Positions 60,830 through 64,000 of a DNA stretch of 64,000 nucleotides are shown piece by piece. The translations under genes and the position numbers were made by a program. The DNA comes from Mytilus trossulus. Lineage: Eukaryota. The notes beneath the pieces are model-generated. The model saw only the letters and a list, made by a program, of their open reading frames with translations, was not told the DNA's origin and searched no databases. Every line of letters starts with the position of its first letter. The first letter of the stretch is position 1. Location of the stretch: contig NC_086376.1 in assembly GCF_036588685.1 (NCBI RefSeq), forward strand, positions 71,403,630 through 71,467,629. Direction: 5' to 3'.

Positions 60830-61720
60830 TTCATATCCGTGGTCATCTGATGATGGGAGTTTTTAACGACCTTGACTGGCTGTACAGCCCTCGCACAGTC
60901 TGTCATCTGTGAGACAGATGATTGGTTTTATAGCCTTTGTAAGCAGTAACCCTATATCAAGAACATCATGTTAAAAAATCCAAGCTCTGAAAATCGTATC
61001 AGTTTGGAGGTATATACTTCATATGCAGTCACTGCTGGAATGCAACTACATACAAATGCGAAATGACAATTAGGGAAACTAGAATAATCTCTTTTGTCAT
61101 AAAGTATTGTTCTAGGCCGACTCTCATTCGTTATCATCTAGATGGTGTCAAGATATGAGACATACTCAACTGTATCGGTTGTATCCTTAATTTCAAGTAG
61201 GATGGGATAATAAAAGTAGTATACCGGTGTTTAAGAGTTATAAATCAATTGATGACTGAGGCTTTGAATTCCTCAGTGAACCGATCTTATCTATAAAGCT
61301 CAACACAAAGTCAAAAGATTATTCTAATCTCTTTTCATTCTTCCTTAGAAGCTCCTGTATGAAGTAACTCATGAATAAAGGAAAATTCGACAAGAAGAGG
61401 AGCACAATTTGTTCCCATTGGAGTGCAGATTCTTCTTTGAAAAAAACGTCCTTCAAACGTGACACACATGCTGTCAATCAAGAAATTAAGCATGTTGTTG
61501 TTTTCATCCGAGTATTTCTTGTTTGTATGAAAGTGATTTTTGCACCCCTTTCTAAGATTAGATGCGTGTAGCTACGTTAACTATTCGTTTATATGAATCA
61601 AAACAGGATTAATTCTTTTAATTTGTCTTTAATTTGGAATGGGGAATACTTTTATCGAGAGATTTTGCAAGAAGAAATAGACTTATATTTATGTATTATT
61701 TGAATTTGTTTCAGTATCAA
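60830..61720 (-). mobile_element. Decayed Penelope-like element reverse transcriptase
   Basis: Motifs MLNFLID..., PMGTNCAPLL, and LYDKRDYSSFP...CSCIPAVTAYEVYTSKLIRFS, disrupted by frameshifts. Confidence 0.8.
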
Positions 61721-63689
61721 CTTCAGATGCAACTGTAACGTATGATATGACTACTATAAAGGGAAATAACTCCTTAAGGAGTCAACTGACCATTTTAGTC
61801 ATGATGACTTATTTGTAGATATTACTTTGCTGAACATTATTGCTGTTTACAGTTTATCTCTATCTATAATAGTATTCAAGATAATAACCAAAAGTGGCAA
61901 AACTTCTTTAAAAATTAACAATTGGGCGACACAGGCTCTTAAGAGCCTCTTGTTTAAACTAGATACCCCAATGATGATTGTGGCCAAGTTTGGTTTTATT
62001 TGGCCCAGTAATTGTAGAGGAGAAGATTTTTGTAAAAGCTAAAGACAGACGACGCACCGGACACCAGATACAAAGTGATGAGAAAAGATCACTTGGCCCT
62101 TGTCTGACAAAAAATTAAAGATACAGGATGAATAACTTATATTTGAAGTAATTTTCGATGTTATAATCCCACAACTATCATTTACAAGACAGAGGCCGAT
62201 GATGAGGCACAAAAGACAAGCTTGGTTTTTCCAGCTAGTCTATCTTCTGAAATATGAAGTTTTAAACAAACAGCACCGCCGGATTATTATAGGCAACATT
62301 AGTATACCCCTATTCAAAAGTCACAAATCAATAGAGAGAAAACAAATCCAGGTTACAAACTAAAACCAAGGGAGACACATCAACCATTATAGAGGAAAAC
62401 AACAAAACAACGGAACACTGAAGCACAACAAAAACAAAAGACAATGCTACAGACATAGAAACGAACTTTTAGATAATAACTGCCATACTCCTGACTTGGT
62501 ACAGGACATTTAAAGAAAAAAATGTGGGTTGAACCAGGTTTTATGGCTAGCCAAACCTCTGCTCTTTATGGCAATGTTAAATATATTCCTAAAATGACAG
62601 CATTACATGACAGGAATGCAGAACACTTACATCTACAAGTCTTTCGACAAACAGCATGGCAGGTGAACTTGGTTGATTCAGAATGGTAAGCTGTTCTCAC
62701 TACACTAATAAAGGTCGAATACCAGGTGTAAAATAAACGTCGTCTGAAGGCTAAATAAATACTTCCTCATGAAATTATGTTAAGGATACAAACAGTTGTG
62801 GAGTAAATACTACTGAGATCACAACCACAGTCAAAGTACTTTTTAGCACTGACTGGTATTGGGAGCATTCATTTTGCAGTGCAAACTCTTAGCACCAATT
62901 CGACATAGAATTTTAAATTGTGATACATTAATATTAGAACAAGTAGATTCATGCAACACGTTTAACTTGTGAAATTTTCATTAAAATAGTTTCTTGAAAA
63001 GTAAAATAATACACATCACTTTGTAACGTTAATATGAGTATATATCATTTATAAATATAAATGAGTATAAATCATTTATATCATTTATAAATTGATACAC
63101 GACTTTCTCTAAAGAATATTGCTTTACTGTCCTGTTGCCTGTAATATAAAAGTATAGATGAGGTATCAAGTCAGTGACAATGGGATTTGAATTGCATTTC
63201 ATGCAATCTTACTCCAAAAAATCCATGTCATTTAAAACTGAACTATTGTGTTTAGACTCCTTGGAGGCATAGAAACCAATTTCAAACCATACAAGATCAT
63301 CATTTCTACAACAGCAAAAAAGTACCTCCTTGTACAATGACTGCTAAGGACAAACAGGACATGGCTTCACTGTGGATGTCAAAAGTGCTTCCTCGCTTCA
63401 ACTCAACATTATCAAGCTGCAGACAAAATATTAAATCATTCCCTTCCAAGATAGCTCTGATTAAAGTTTTCTAAACAAGGTCTTCTGAATTTAGCCTTTG
63501 GAAAGGCTGATAAAAACATACAAACCCAGCCGATTAATGATAAGAAATAACACTGATGCATAAAAAATCAAAATTTAGGATGTCTAATCAACTGCCAATT
63601 AAAACATTAGTAATTAAGAAAAAATCCTTTTTATTTTGGGAATAAACTTTTGTGTATAAAAAAGAGAAACTATTTCCTGTATATGTCAG

Positions 63690-64000
63690 TTCACTTACTC
63701 CCTCATGCAAAGCTCTGATTCCTTTCACGGATTTGGCTATACTTTTTGGACTTTTTGGATTATAGCTCGTCATCTTTTATATAAGCTTTGGATTTCAAAT
63801 ATTTTGGCCACGAGCATCACTGAAGAGACATGTATTGTCGAAATGCGCATCTGGTGCAAGAAAATTGGTACCGTTAATTTTATTACTACCACTGGGTCGA
63901 TGCCTCTGCTGGTGGACTATTAGTCCCCGAGGGTATCACCAGTCCAGTAGCCAGTACTTCGGTTCTGGCATGAAAATACGGATTTTTTGTGTTATCAAAA
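63690..64000 (+). mobile_element. Hammerhead-bearing repeat (Penelope pLTR- or retrozyme-like), runs off the right edge
   Basis: GC- and CpG-richer block containing the ribozyme. The downstream CCACTG...GGTGGACTATTAGTCCCCGAGGG segment resembles a decayed copy at about 10900-11260. Confidence 0.6.
63814..63857 (+). ncRNA. Minimal type I hammerhead ribozyme
   Basis: GCATCA (stem I) CTGAAGA (CUGANGA core) GACA-TGTAT-TGTC (stem II) GAAA TGCGCA (palindromic stem III) TC (AUC cleavage triplet, cut after 63851) TGGTGC (stem I', one G-U pair). Confidence 0.85.

Overview
AT-rich, intron-rich animal DNA. The repeat families and the B-box gene type point to a bivalve, probably Mytilus (my inference, not a database result). 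Four protein-coding genes could be assembled by hand from GT-AG exons with consistent phases. (1) UNG uracil-DNA glycosylase, minus strand, nuclear UNG2-type N-terminus, running off the left edge. (2) A RING-less B-box/coiled-coil/beta-propeller TRIM-like gene with an intronless CDS, minus strand. (3) A 10-exon, 419-aa atypical cytochrome P450 of the CYP26 clan (CYP16-like), plus strand, with no membrane anchor and no I-helix acid-alcohol motif. (4) An LRRC27-like gene, minus strand, with a block of frame-symmetric cassette exons and candidate alternative last exons. The rest is mostly transposon-derived: Helentron-type non-autonomous elements, TIR MITEs, a SINE, LINE and Penelope RT relics, and minisatellites. 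The most notable observations are: an 11-copy 57-bp tandem array that amplifies the P450 exon-3 end together with its 5' splice site; an intact minimal type I hammerhead ribozyme at 63814-63857 with decayed relatives elsewhere; an 88-bp MITE whose empty site is preserved in an adjacent duplicate; and a multi-layer nested transposon stack. No CRISPR, rRNA or tRNA genes were seen.
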